Assembly (NCBI GenBank): GCA_913052055.1
Contig: CAJXDT010000008.1
Span: 539 to 64,538 of the forward strand
Direction: 5' to 3'
From: an uncultured Cryomorphaceae bacterium
Lineage (GTDB): Bacteria > Bacteroidota > Bacteroidia > Flavobacteriales_D > Crocinitomicaceae
DNA: 64,000 nucleotides
Shown: positions 27,581-36,627 of the stretch, piece after piece
Layout of the letters: the number at the start of each line of letters is the position of its first letter
Numbering within the stretch: the stretch's first letter is position 1
Notes under the pieces: generated by a model
The model's database searches: none
The model's input: only the letters and a program-made list of their open reading frames with translations
What the model was told of the DNA's origin: nothing
Translations under genes and position numbers: made by a program

Positions 27581-29863
27581 TTACTTACGCACAAGGTGCA
27601 AAAAGCCATGACCTTCTACAACCGGTGCAGGGGTGTCTGTGAATTGGTTTTCTGTGCCAACGGCAATGTACTTGTAGAAGTAAACGCCAGCCTCAGCTTC
27701 TTTACCCGAATTGTCAATTTGACCATTCCATGCAGGATTATCATTGTCCGGATCAACACTTGTTTCATTAAACACAATATTACCCCAACGATTGAAAATA
27801 ATTAACTGAAGTTCTTCTAGATTTTCCGTAGTCAACTCAAATAGCTCGTTGACATTGTCTTGATCATTATTCGGAGTAAAAACATTTGGCGCTGAAATAA
27901 TTGGCTCAGGATATATACAAGAACCATCATCTGCAGTGGCTGAAGGATTAAAATTCAAAGCGTTTCCATCAGTACAACCACAAATATCAATTAAGATCTG
28001 CAGTTGAGTTGAGTCTGCACAATTCGCGCCTTGGGAAACGACTAATTGAACGTTATAGGAGCCTACACTTCCGTCATACGTTTGACTCATCTGCTCAATA
28101 ACATTGCTTGATTGAGAGGTTCCATTTCCAAAAGATAGCACATAAGCATCAGCATTTTGACTATCGCCATAGTCAAACGAAACAAGTAAGGGTGCACATC
28201 CCTGCAAAGGATTTGCCGTAAGTGCGGCAATAGGCGGGTCCAAAAGTTCGACAAATGCGCTGTCTTCGACTGTACAAACGGCATCTTCTACTGAAATATA
28301 ATACCATCCTGAGGGAAGGTCCGTCCAGACCGAGGCAGCAGGGCCATCCATTCCGGACTGATTTAACCATGAATAATATACACCGTGCTCTGGTGTTGTC
28401 GTCTCACCAATTACAATCGCCGAAACATAACCATCCGGTTCACAAGTTGCAGGGCCAACATAAATCGTATCAATTTCTAATGTTTGATTCTGGGTCAAGG
28501 TAACTGTATCGACACCAGAAAAATTACAAAAGTCGGTTGCAGTGACCAAGACGTCAATAGAACCATTTTCTGATATTCCTTGATAGATTGTATCTCCTGT
28601 CCCGATAGGATTCCCACTCATGTCAGTCCAGGTATAGGTGTAAGGTGCATACCCCCCTGAGGCAGAAGCTCCCAAAGGAACACTGTCGTTGGCACATAGC
28701 ACAGTAACATCTGATTCTGTAATGTTCAATATTGGACCATCTCCGATGTAAATAATCCCCTCAGAGACAATCGTGTCTCCACAAATATTCACTAATTCAA
28801 CAGAAATAGTAACCGACTCAAACCCTTCATTTAAACCGTCTTGAATTGGAGATAGATTAACCGTTACTGAGTCTTGCCCTGGAAGAAAAATAATCGTATC
28901 CGGAAGGAAGTTATAATCCGTTCCTTCAATCGCTTGTCCTCCAATTTCATAATTAATAATTAAAGTGTCAGCAACATCTCCTTCAGGTCTTGTAAAGTAA
29001 AAATTAGCATCTGTACATCCCTCCACAATAGTTGAATCTCCTGAAACTGTGGCTACAGTCACATCAACAGCGTCTGAAACAAAACTTCCCGCTTCAAGGA
29101 AAACAGCCGTATTTAAATAATTGTCCGAACAATCTGCAACGGCATATTTGAAGTGGTACGTTTCGCCGCATTGAACGCTTAGTTCAACCGGAATGGGAAC
29201 TGTAAATCCGTTCATTGAATGAGAAGACCCCGTATTTTGTACGTAAAAGGCTGCATTAGAGGTTGGATGTATTGTACTTATAGTAATTGGTGTATTTGTT
29301 CCTGGAACAAGCGCAACATTGGCAGAGCCTCCAGGAAAACCTGCAGGAGATGAATAAGGGCCAGTTATGCCTGGACCACTTACAAAAAATGCAAATACAT
29401 CATTAAAAACAGAACCAATCCATTGTAAATATTCATCAGAAGCAAATACAAAGTTAAACGCTGCAACGTTGGATGATGGTACAAAATCAAACTCTAAAAT
29501 AACCGCATCGCTTGTACTCAATATCGCTGGGTTTACTGATTGAGCAACAGCAAGTAAATCGTTGTCGGCTAATCCGCTTCCTGGCTGACCAGCATCAACA
29601 TCGGCAGGACCACCGAGTAAACCATCTATTGGACCAGCAGCCATAACAACCCCTGAGTTAAAACCAATATTTGAATTGACACCATCAAAAGTTCCGATTT
29701 GATTTGCATTACCACTGAAGGTAACATTAGAGATAACGATTCCCCCGCCAACAAGGCTTTGGATATATTGCGCCGGAGTCATTCCGGAAGCTACTGTCAA
29801 TTGCGCACGAGAAACTTGTGCGAAACAAAGCAATGAAATGAAGAAAAATAAATACTGTTTCAA
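27581..29863 (-). CDS. T9SS-secreted surface protein: choice-of-anchor-L-like domain + Calx-beta + PKD + type-B (gliding-motility-associated) C-terminal domain
   Basis: TTG start with no in-frame ATG before the upstream stop. Signal peptide 'FFFISLLCFAQVSRAQ'. Calx-beta-like 'GGQAIEGTDYNFLPDTIIFLPGQ', a PKD-like segment, and CTD 'PNVFTPNNDQDNVNE...IFNRWGNIVF...WNG...GVYFYKY'. Confidence 0.8.
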   Translation of the reverse strand: MKQYLFFFISLLCFAQVSRAQLTVASGMTPAQYIQSLVGGGIVISNVTFSGNANQIGTFDGVNSNIGFNSGVVMAAGPIDGLLGGPADVDAGQPGSGLADNDLLAVAQSVNPAILSTSDAVILEFDFVPSSNVAAFNFVFASDEYLQWIGSVFNDVFAFFVSGPGITGPYSSPAGFPGGSANVALVPGTNTPITISTIHPTSNAAFYVQNTGSSHSMNGFTVPIPVELSVQCGETYHFKYAVADCSDNYLNTAVFLEAGSFVSDAVDVTVATVSGDSTIVEGCTDANFYFTRPEGDVADTLIINYEIGGQAIEGTDYNFLPDTIIFLPGQDSVTVNLSPIQDGLNEGFESVTISVELVNICGDTIVSEGIIYIGDGPILNITESDVTVLCANDSVPLGASASGGYAPYTYTWTDMSGNPIGTGDTIYQGISENGSIDVLVTATDFCNFSGVDTVTLTQNQTLEIDTIYVGPATCEPDGYVSAIVIGETTTPEHGVYYSWLNQSGMDGPAASVWTDLPSGWYYISVEDAVCTVEDSAFVELLDPPIAALTANPLQGCAPLLVSFDYGDSQNADAYVLSFGNGTSQSSNVIEQMSQTYDGSVGSYNVQLVVSQGANCADSTQLQILIDICGCTDGNALNFNPSATADDGSCIYPEPIISAPNVFTPNNDQDNVNELFELTTENLEELQLIIFNRWGNIVFNETSVDPDNDNPAWNGQIDNSGKEAEAGVYFYKYIAVGTENQFTDTPAPVVEGHGFLHLVRK

Positions 29864-30090
29864 AATTCTAGTAATTGATAATGTATATCAAAGACGTAAG
29901 CCTTTAATACGTAGTTGCACGCAAAAATAAGCAATAATTCACGACTAAAAAAAAGAGAAACCACCAAGAAGCAAATAAATATAACTTTAGCGGCCAAATT
30001 ATGCCGTTTTCACCTCTTTTTATCGCGCATCTAAAAACATGGTTTATGCAAAAGAAAAAAGCAGTAATTTGGAGCCGAAAAATATAACAT

Positions 30091-31479
30091 ATGCTACAAA
30101 CACAAAACTACATTTCAACACATAAAGAACGGTTTTTAGACCAGCTAATGGAGCTGCTACGTATCCCTTCAATTTCTGCTGACTCAGCATATAACAAGGA
30201 TGTTGCTTCTTGCGCGGAAGCCTTAGCAGCCGATTTAAAAACAATTGGTCTCGACAATGTAGAAATCTGTCCAACAGATGGGCACCCTATTGTTTATGGA
30301 GAAAAAATTATTGATCCAAATTTACCTACAGTTTTGGTATACGGCCACTATGATGTTCAACCTGCAGACCCTATTGATTTATGGACAAACCCACCATTTG
30401 AGCCAGTAATCAAAAAAACTGATCTCCATCCCTCTGGAGCTATTTTTGCGAGAGGCGCTTGTGATGACAAAGGGCAAATGTACATGCATGTTAAAGCTGT
30501 AGAGGCCATGCTCGCTAAAAATGAACTTCCATGTAATGTCAAAATGATGATCGAAGGCGAGGAAGAGGTTGGTAGTGAAAATCTAGCTGTTTTTGTTGCA
30601 AACGAAAAAGAAAGGCTTTCTGCCGATATCATTTTAGTCTCTGACACAGGAATGTTGGCTAACGATGTTCCCTCTATTACAACTGGTCTTAGAGGATTGA
30701 GCTATGTGGAGGTTGAGCTAACAGGGCCAAACCGAGACCTGCACTCCGGACTATATGGTGGCTGTGTAGCAAATCCAATAAATATTCTTTGTTCAATGAT
30801 AGATTCTCTACAAGATGAACATCAAAAAATGACCATCCCCGGATTTTACGATGATGTGGAGGTTCTTTCAGCTGAAGAACGAGCTGAAATGGCTAAAGCA
30901 CCATTTTCTCACGAAGCTTATTGTAAGTCGATAGATATTCAAGATACGCATGGAGAAAAAGGTTATTCGACTCCAGAAAGAGGATCCATTAGGCCTACTT
31001 TAGATGTAAATGGCATATGGGGAGGGTACACGGGTGAGGGAGCTAAAACAGTAATCGCCTCGAAGGCATATGCAAAAATATCTATGCGCCTAGTACCAAA
31101 TCAAGACCCAGAAAAAATTACAAAGCTTTTTTGCGATCACTTCCAAGCCATTGCTCCTAAAGGTGTAAGGGTTAAAGTAACGCCTCATCATGGAGGAGAA
31201 CCTGCTGTCACACCTGTAGATTCTGTCGGTTACCTTGCAGCAAGTGACGCCTATGAAAAATCATTTGGTGTGAAGCCGATCCCGGTGAGAAGCGGTGGAA
31301 GTATTCCGATAGTAGCAATGTTTGAAAAAGAGCTTGGTTTGAAAACTGTATTAATGGGCTTTGGTCTAGATAGTGACGCCATTCACTCCCCAGACGAGCA
31401 CTATGGTTTATTTAATTACTACAAAGGAATTGAGACCATCCCTTACTTTTATGAATCATTCGCCAAAAGAATGAAATAA
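30091..31479 (+). CDS. M20-family dipeptidase
   Basis: 'VLVYGHYDVQPADP', 'ARGACDDKGQ' and 'MMIEGEEEVGS' are M20 metal-ligand motifs. Length and layout resemble CNDP/DUG1-like dipeptidases. Confidence 0.85.
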   Translation: MLQTQNYISTHKERFLDQLMELLRIPSISADSAYNKDVASCAEALAADLKTIGLDNVEICPTDGHPIVYGEKIIDPNLPTVLVYGHYDVQPADPIDLWTNPPFEPVIKKTDLHPSGAIFARGACDDKGQMYMHVKAVEAMLAKNELPCNVKMMIEGEEEVGSENLAVFVANEKERLSADIILVSDTGMLANDVPSITTGLRGLSYVEVELTGPNRDLHSGLYGGCVANPINILCSMIDSLQDEHQKMTIPGFYDDVEVLSAEERAEMAKAPFSHEAYCKSIDIQDTHGEKGYSTPERGSIRPTLDVNGIWGGYTGEGAKTVIASKAYAKISMRLVPNQDPEKITKLFCDHFQAIAPKGVRVKVTPHHGGEPAVTPVDSVGYLAASDAYEKSFGVKPIPVRSGGSIPIVAMFEKELGLKTVLMGFGLDSDAIHSPDEHYGLFNYYKGIETIPYFYESFAKRMK

Positions 31480-31480
31480 G

Positions 31481-31936
31481 ATGAGAGTCTTTCTTGCGCT
31501 TGTTGCACTTGCTCTTTTCAGCTCATGTGGATCTTGGGAAACCCCAGTTCTCAAAAGCTATGATGGACTTTCTGAATTTTCTATAAAAGAGAAATTCTTA
31601 AACGTAAACCTTGATGGTGTTATAGAAAATCCGAACAGCACAACCATATACATCCATAATCTAGATACGGATGTGTTTGTAGATGGCCGCAAGCTAGGTT
31701 CTCTCGTTATCAAGGAGCGATTTAAATTGCAAAAAAAGACTTCCACACAACTGTCCCTGCCGCTCATAATTTCACTCGAAAAAGGAGCAATGTTTAAATT
31801 GGGCATGCTTGCGTTGAAAGATTCGGCGAACTTCGTTTTTAAAGGTAAGGTGATTGGCGGCGGGCGTATTTTGAAAAAAAGCGTACCTTTTGAAGTAGAA
31901 CGGAAATTGCCTACAAAATCTTTAATATTACCATAA
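31481..31936 (+). CDS. LEA_2/WHy-like lipoprotein
   Basis: Lipobox 'LFSSCGS'. 'LNVNLDGVIENPNSTTIYIHNLDTDVFVDGRKLGS' resembles the LEA14/NDR1-HIN1 beta-sandwich pattern. It is wedged between neighbours with a 1-nt gap upstream and no gap downstream. Confidence 0.5.
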   Translation: MRVFLALVALALFSSCGSWETPVLKSYDGLSEFSIKEKFLNVNLDGVIENPNSTTIYIHNLDTDVFVDGRKLGSLVIKERFKLQKKTSTQLSLPLIISLEKGAMFKLGMLALKDSANFVFKGKVIGGGRILKKSVPFEVERKLPTKSLILP

Positions 31937-34771
31937 ATGCTATCGTCCGAACATCCCAAAAAGCTTTTTTTATTAGATGCCTATGCATTGATTTACCGGG
32001 CGTATTTTGCCTTTTCAAAAAACCCTAGAATCAGCTCAAATGGACAAAACACATCTGCTGCTTTTGGCTTCACAAATGTCTTGATTGATATTTTAAAAAA
32101 TGAAAAGCCCTCACATATTGCCGTCGTATTTGATCCTCCCGGAGGATCTACAATTCGACAAGAAGACTTTAAAGAATATAAAGCACATCGAGAGGCCATG
32201 CCAGAGGACATACGTTCAATGATTGAGCCTATCAAAACATTGATCCGGGCATTTAATATTGAAGTAATTGAAGTTGCCGGCTATGAGGCAGATGATGTCA
32301 TTGGAACATTGTGTAAAATGGCCGAGAAAAAAGGATTTGCAACCTATATGATGACTCCTGATAAGGATTATGCACAGCTCGTTTCAAGCAACTCATTTAT
32401 GTATAAACCTGGCCGAGGAGGAGCACCTGCACAAATACTTGGCGTAGCCGAAGTACAAGAAAAATTTAGTGTGGATGACCCCTTACAAGTCATCGATATT
32501 TTAGGGTTATGGGGAGACGCCGCCGATAACATCCCGGGAATCCCAGGTATTGGTGAAAAAACATCAAAGCTTCTAGTAGGAAAATATGGTTCTATAGAAG
32601 GGCTTATTGAAAATGTTGAGGACCTAAAGGGAAAGCAAAAAGAGAACGTAATCGAATTTGGAGCGCAAGGACTACTGTCAAAAAAACTTGCAACCATAAT
32701 AACCGATGTTGATGTGGCTTTCGAAGAAGAGAAACTAAAAGTGAAACCAGTAGATAAAGAAAAACTAAAAGCATCGTTCACAGCACTTGAATTTAGAACT
32801 TTAGGAAAAAGAGTTCTCGGAGAGGAAATCGAAATCAAAGAGACACCGATAGCAAAAGTCCCCAATGTAAAGTCGCCAACAGGGGATGTTTCTCAACTTG
32901 ATTTATTTGGTGCACAAAGCCTAATTGAAGATAAAGAGCCAATACCCACCTCTTCATTCAAAACACTTGCGACAGAGCGGGCGAAGTATCATCTCGTTAA
33001 TACACAAGAAGAGCGAGAAAAATTGATAAGCCTGCTCAAAAAACAAAAAGAATTTTGTTTTGATACCGAAACAGATAATCTTGAACCGCGGCACGCTAAC
33101 CTTGTTGGGGTATCCTTTTCTTTTAAAGAGAAGGAAGCATATTATGTCCCCATACCCGAGGTTGATGATTTTTCTAAAAGCCTAATTCAACAGTTTTCAT
33201 CTGTTTTTCTGAATACAGAGATTCTTAAAATAGGCCACAACTTAAAATATGATTTAAAAGTCTTAAGTAGATATGGAATCGATGTACCATCGGGATGCTT
33301 TGATACGATGATTGCCCACTATCTAATTAATCCTGAATCCAAACAAAGTATGGATTTCTTGGCTGAACAGCACCTGAACTACCAATGCGTTTCCATAGAA
33401 ACTTTGATTGGAAAAAAAGGGAAAAATCAGAAGAGTATGAAGGATCTTCCAGCTGAGCAAGTTTGTGATTACGCTTGTGAAGATGCAGATATTACATTCC
33501 AGCTTAAAAAACTTTTTGAAACTGAAATAGAAAAACCACACCTTAAAACTCTATTTGAAAATGTTGAAATGCCATTGATGTATGTGCTAAAAAACATGGA
33601 AATTGAAGGGATAAACATAGACGTGGAGGCTTTAAAAAAGTTTGGTTTAGAGCTGAATGACGACCTCATTAGGCTCCAGTCAGAAATCATTGAAGCAGCA
33701 GGAGAAGAATTCAACCTAGACTCCCCGAGGCAACTGGGAACTATACTTTTCGAAAAAATGCAAATATCAAGCAAGGCAAAAAAAACCAAAACTGGTCAGT
33801 ACGCTACCTCGGAAGATGTTTTGCAAAAGCACGAAAAAGACCATCCTATTGTGGGAAATATTTTGAATTACAGACAACTCAAAAAACTAAAAAGTACATA
33901 TGTCGACCCGCTTCCTGAACTCTGCGACCCAATAGATGGCAGAATTCATACCAGCTTTATGCAAACTGTTACGGCAACGGGAAGACTAAGCTCGAATAAT
34001 CCCAATCTTCAAAACATTCCTATTCGCACGGCAAAGGGTCGTGAAATTAGAAAAGCTTTTGTGCCTCGAGATGAAAAACACCAACTTTTGGCCGTTGATT
34101 ATTCTCAAATTGAATTGAGAATTATTGCTGCACTTAGTGAGGATAAATCTATGATTGACGCGTTTAGTAAAGGCGTAGACATTCACACCGCCACTGCTTC
34201 AAAAGTATTTAGGACCCCGGTAAATGAAATCACTCGTGAACAAAGGTCACAGGCAAAAGCGGTAAATTTTGGCATCATTTACGGTCAATCTGCATTTGGG
34301 CTAGCGCAAAATCTAAATATCAGCCGAAAAGAAGCAAAAGGAATTATAGATAGCTATTTCGAGGAATATCCAACCATCAAAAAGTACATGGAAAATGTAG
34401 TTGCTTCGGCAAGAGAGCAAGGTTATGTAAAAACGGTTCTAGATCGCAGGCGTTATTTGCCTGACATTAATAGTACCAATGCCATTGTGAGAGGATATGC
34501 TGAAAGAAATGCCATAAATGCGCCTATACAAGGTTCAGCTGCTGATGTCATAAAATTAGCCATGGTTGCTGTGCAGAAAGAAATGTTTGGGCAAAAGCTG
34601 AAATCAAAAATGATTCTTCAAGTGCATGATGAATTGGTATTTGATGTGCATCTAGATGAAAAGGAAGTTCTAGAAAAAATGGTTAAAGAAAGCATGGAGG
34701 GCGCCTTGAAATTAAGCGTCCCCTTAGAAGTTGAATACAAGATTGCTGGGAATTGGCTTGATGCCCATTGA
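31937..34771 (+). CDS. polA: DNA polymerase I
   Basis: 5'-nuclease 'LLDAYALIYRAYFA', 3'-5' exonuclease 'FDTETDNL', and polymerase motifs A 'DYSQIELR', B 'RSQAKAVNFGIIYG' and C 'QVHDEL'. Confidence 0.95.
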   Translation: MLSSEHPKKLFLLDAYALIYRAYFAFSKNPRISSNGQNTSAAFGFTNVLIDILKNEKPSHIAVVFDPPGGSTIRQEDFKEYKAHREAMPEDIRSMIEPIKTLIRAFNIEVIEVAGYEADDVIGTLCKMAEKKGFATYMMTPDKDYAQLVSSNSFMYKPGRGGAPAQILGVAEVQEKFSVDDPLQVIDILGLWGDAADNIPGIPGIGEKTSKLLVGKYGSIEGLIENVEDLKGKQKENVIEFGAQGLLSKKLATIITDVDVAFEEEKLKVKPVDKEKLKASFTALEFRTLGKRVLGEEIEIKETPIAKVPNVKSPTGDVSQLDLFGAQSLIEDKEPIPTSSFKTLATERAKYHLVNTQEEREKLISLLKKQKEFCFDTETDNLEPRHANLVGVSFSFKEKEAYYVPIPEVDDFSKSLIQQFSSVFLNTEILKIGHNLKYDLKVLSRYGIDVPSGCFDTMIAHYLINPESKQSMDFLAEQHLNYQCVSIETLIGKKGKNQKSMKDLPAEQVCDYACEDADITFQLKKLFETEIEKPHLKTLFENVEMPLMYVLKNMEIEGINIDVEALKKFGLELNDDLIRLQSEIIEAAGEEFNLDSPRQLGTILFEKMQISSKAKKTKTGQYATSEDVLQKHEKDHPIVGNILNYRQLKKLKSTYVDPLPELCDPIDGRIHTSFMQTVTATGRLSSNNPNLQNIPIRTAKGREIRKAFVPRDEKHQLLAVDYSQIELRIIAALSEDKSMIDAFSKGVDIHTATASKVFRTPVNEITREQRSQAKAVNFGIIYGQSAFGLAQNLNISRKEAKGIIDSYFEEYPTIKKYMENVVASAREQGYVKTVLDRRRYLPDINSTNAIVRGYAERNAINAPIQGSAADVIKLAMVAVQKEMFGQKLKSKMILQVHDELVFDVHLDEKEVLEKMVKESMEGALKLSVPLEVEYKIAGNWLDAH

Positions 34772-34849
34772 TAATATTTGTTAATCCGCACTTAGCATAC
34801 GAAAATGACACTTGAATAGTTATATCTTTGTGTCTCAAATTTTTTTGAA

Positions 34850-36271
34850 ATGGACATTTGGATTAAAGCTGCTCAACTATTTTTATCTCTCGCTATTTTG
34901 GTTACCCTTCATGAACTGGGACATTTTATTCCGGCGAAGCTTTTTAAAACACGCATCGAGAAATTTTATCTTTTTTTTAATCCCTGGTTTTCTCTCTTTC
35001 GCTACAAGCGAATAAAAGGGAAAAAGAAATACTCCTGGTTCACTAAAGAATCCCCTGAAGCCTGGAAAGAAGACGAAAGTACAACGGAGTGGGGTCTCGG
35101 ATGGCTTCCTCTAGGTGGATACGTAAAAATTGCGGGGATGATCGATGAATCGATGGACAAGGAGCAACTCGAAAAGCCAGCTGAACCTTGGGAATTTCGT
35201 TCAAAACCAGCTTGGCAAAGGTTGATCATTATGATCGGTGGCGTGACCGTTAATCTATTATTAGGTTTCTTCATCTACACCATGGTTATTTTTGCCTGGG
35301 GAAGAGTTCAAATCAACCCTCAAAAAATGGAACATGGCGCAAGTGTTCACCCTTATTTAACAGAAAAATATGGCATTCAATCGGGTGACCAAATACTCGA
35401 AGTTGACGGAGAAGCCTTAACAAATTTAGATGAGCTCAATAAGATCATTATGCTACGAGAGCTCAGCCTTTTGAAAGTAAAACACAGCGATGGACAGATA
35501 GAATCCATTGAGATCCCGGAAAATATTGGCCTAGAATTATTTCAAAACAATGCCTTCCCTGCCTTCGGTATGAGAACCTCATCTTCTTTTGTTGAAGCAG
35601 TTCAGCAAGGCTCTAATGCTGAAAATGCAGGCCTTTTATCGAAGGATCAAATCATAAAGATTGACGACAAAGGCATCAATTACTTCGATGACATTCAAGG
35701 AGCTTTGTACGCGAAAAAAAACAAAAATGTCCGCCTTACTGTCCTTAGACCAACAAACGAATTAGCAAAGGACACCATCATTCTTAATGCCAATGTTAAT
35801 GAGCTTGGAACCATTGGGTTTTCCGTTGGAATAGCAGCAGTTGAAGATTCCAACGCAGTTGAAACAGTCTCCTATTCCTTTTTAAATAGTATTACTGAAG
35901 GAACGCAATATGGCCTTAATACACTAGGAGACTATGTAAGTCAGTTTAAATTTATCTTTACTAAAAAGGGGGCAGGCTCTATCGGTGGTTTTGCAACGAT
36001 TGGAAACCTATTTCCTCCAGTATGGGATTGGCAAGCATTCTGGATGCAAACAGCATTGCTCTCAATCATCCTTGCCTTTATGAATATTCTTCCAATTCCT
36101 GCTTTGGATGGTGGACATGTCGTCTTTTTAATTTACGAAATGATTACAGGAAAAGAAGCACCACAAAGGGTGCTAGAAATTGCGCAATATATCGGCATAT
36201 TCCTGCTCCTTGGTCTAATGATCTATGCGAATGGAAACGATTTAATTAGATGGATCAACGGTGGATTTTAG
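34850..36271 (+). CDS. rseP: RIP (site-2) zinc metalloprotease RseP
   Basis: 'HELGHF' HExxH in the first TM segment, PDZ-like middle region, and 'NILPIPALDGGH' near the C-terminus. Confidence 0.9.
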   Translation: MDIWIKAAQLFLSLAILVTLHELGHFIPAKLFKTRIEKFYLFFNPWFSLFRYKRIKGKKKYSWFTKESPEAWKEDESTTEWGLGWLPLGGYVKIAGMIDESMDKEQLEKPAEPWEFRSKPAWQRLIIMIGGVTVNLLLGFFIYTMVIFAWGRVQINPQKMEHGASVHPYLTEKYGIQSGDQILEVDGEALTNLDELNKIIMLRELSLLKVKHSDGQIESIEIPENIGLELFQNNAFPAFGMRTSSSFVEAVQQGSNAENAGLLSKDQIIKIDDKGINYFDDIQGALYAKKNKNVRLTVLRPTNELAKDTIILNANVNELGTIGFSVGIAAVEDSNAVETVSYSFLNSITEGTQYGLNTLGDYVSQFKFIFTKKGAGSIGGFATIGNLFPPVWDWQAFWMQTALLSIILAFMNILPIPALDGGHVVFLIYEMITGKEAPQRVLEIAQYIGIFLLLGLMIYANGNDLIRWINGGF

Positions 36272-36324
36272 TCCCCTATCATAAATCAATTCAAATGATT
36301 TTTGTTTCTTTATGAAAAAATAAA

Positions 36325-36543
36325 ATGAACTTTAGACGCCCCACTGTTACTTTCTTTTTTACCATCAGCACAGTATTTTTACTAAACGCTTGCGGAGGAA
36401 CTTCGCCATGTGATTGCAAGGCCAACGATCTGAAAGGGGAAGCCGCTGATACCGAAATGCAAGAAAAATGCAAGGAGGCTGAAAACAATATGTCTGCTGA
36501 ACAAAAAGCAGAATTCATCGCAAGTTATACGAACTGCAAATAG
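36325..36543 (+). CDS. small Cys-containing lipoprotein, unknown function
   Basis: 72 aa with lipobox 'LLNACGG' and four further cysteines (CDC...C...C). Confidence 0.4.
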   Translation: MNFRRPTVTFFFTISTVFLLNACGGTSPCDCKANDLKGEAADTEMQEKCKEAENNMSAEQKAEFIASYTNCK

Positions 36544-36568
36544 ACTAAACTATCGCAGGTCGAACTCA

Positions 36569-36596
36569 AGGGAAAATGCTTTTACGGTATTTCCCT
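36569..36596 (+). terminator. possible intrinsic terminator
   Basis: AGGGAAA-(13 nt)-TTTCCCT forms a 7-bp stem followed by 'gactttt', 25 nt after the small lipoprotein stop. The loop is large and the T-run short. Confidence 0.35.
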
Positions 36597-36627
36597 GACT
36601 TTTAAAGAAGCTTAAAAACACATTTGT

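Noticed and set aside
24732-29863. T9SS cargo region as a horizontally acquired island
   Set aside because: I saw no flanking repeats, tRNA or mobility genes, and no obvious compositional break by eye. Large adhesin-like T9SS proteins are normal chromosomal content in this phylum. I cannot compute GC or codon statistics here.
32368-32865. 165-aa minus-strand ORF inside polA
   Set aside because: It is antisense to the 5'-nuclease domain of polA. The Ser-rich shadow-frame translation has no independent signals.
34812-35015. 67-aa + strand ORF overlapping the rseP start
   Set aside because: It is out of frame with rseP, whose own start at 34850 gives the expected TM1 with HELGH. A TAnnTTTG-like box at 34823-30 would fall inside this ORF.
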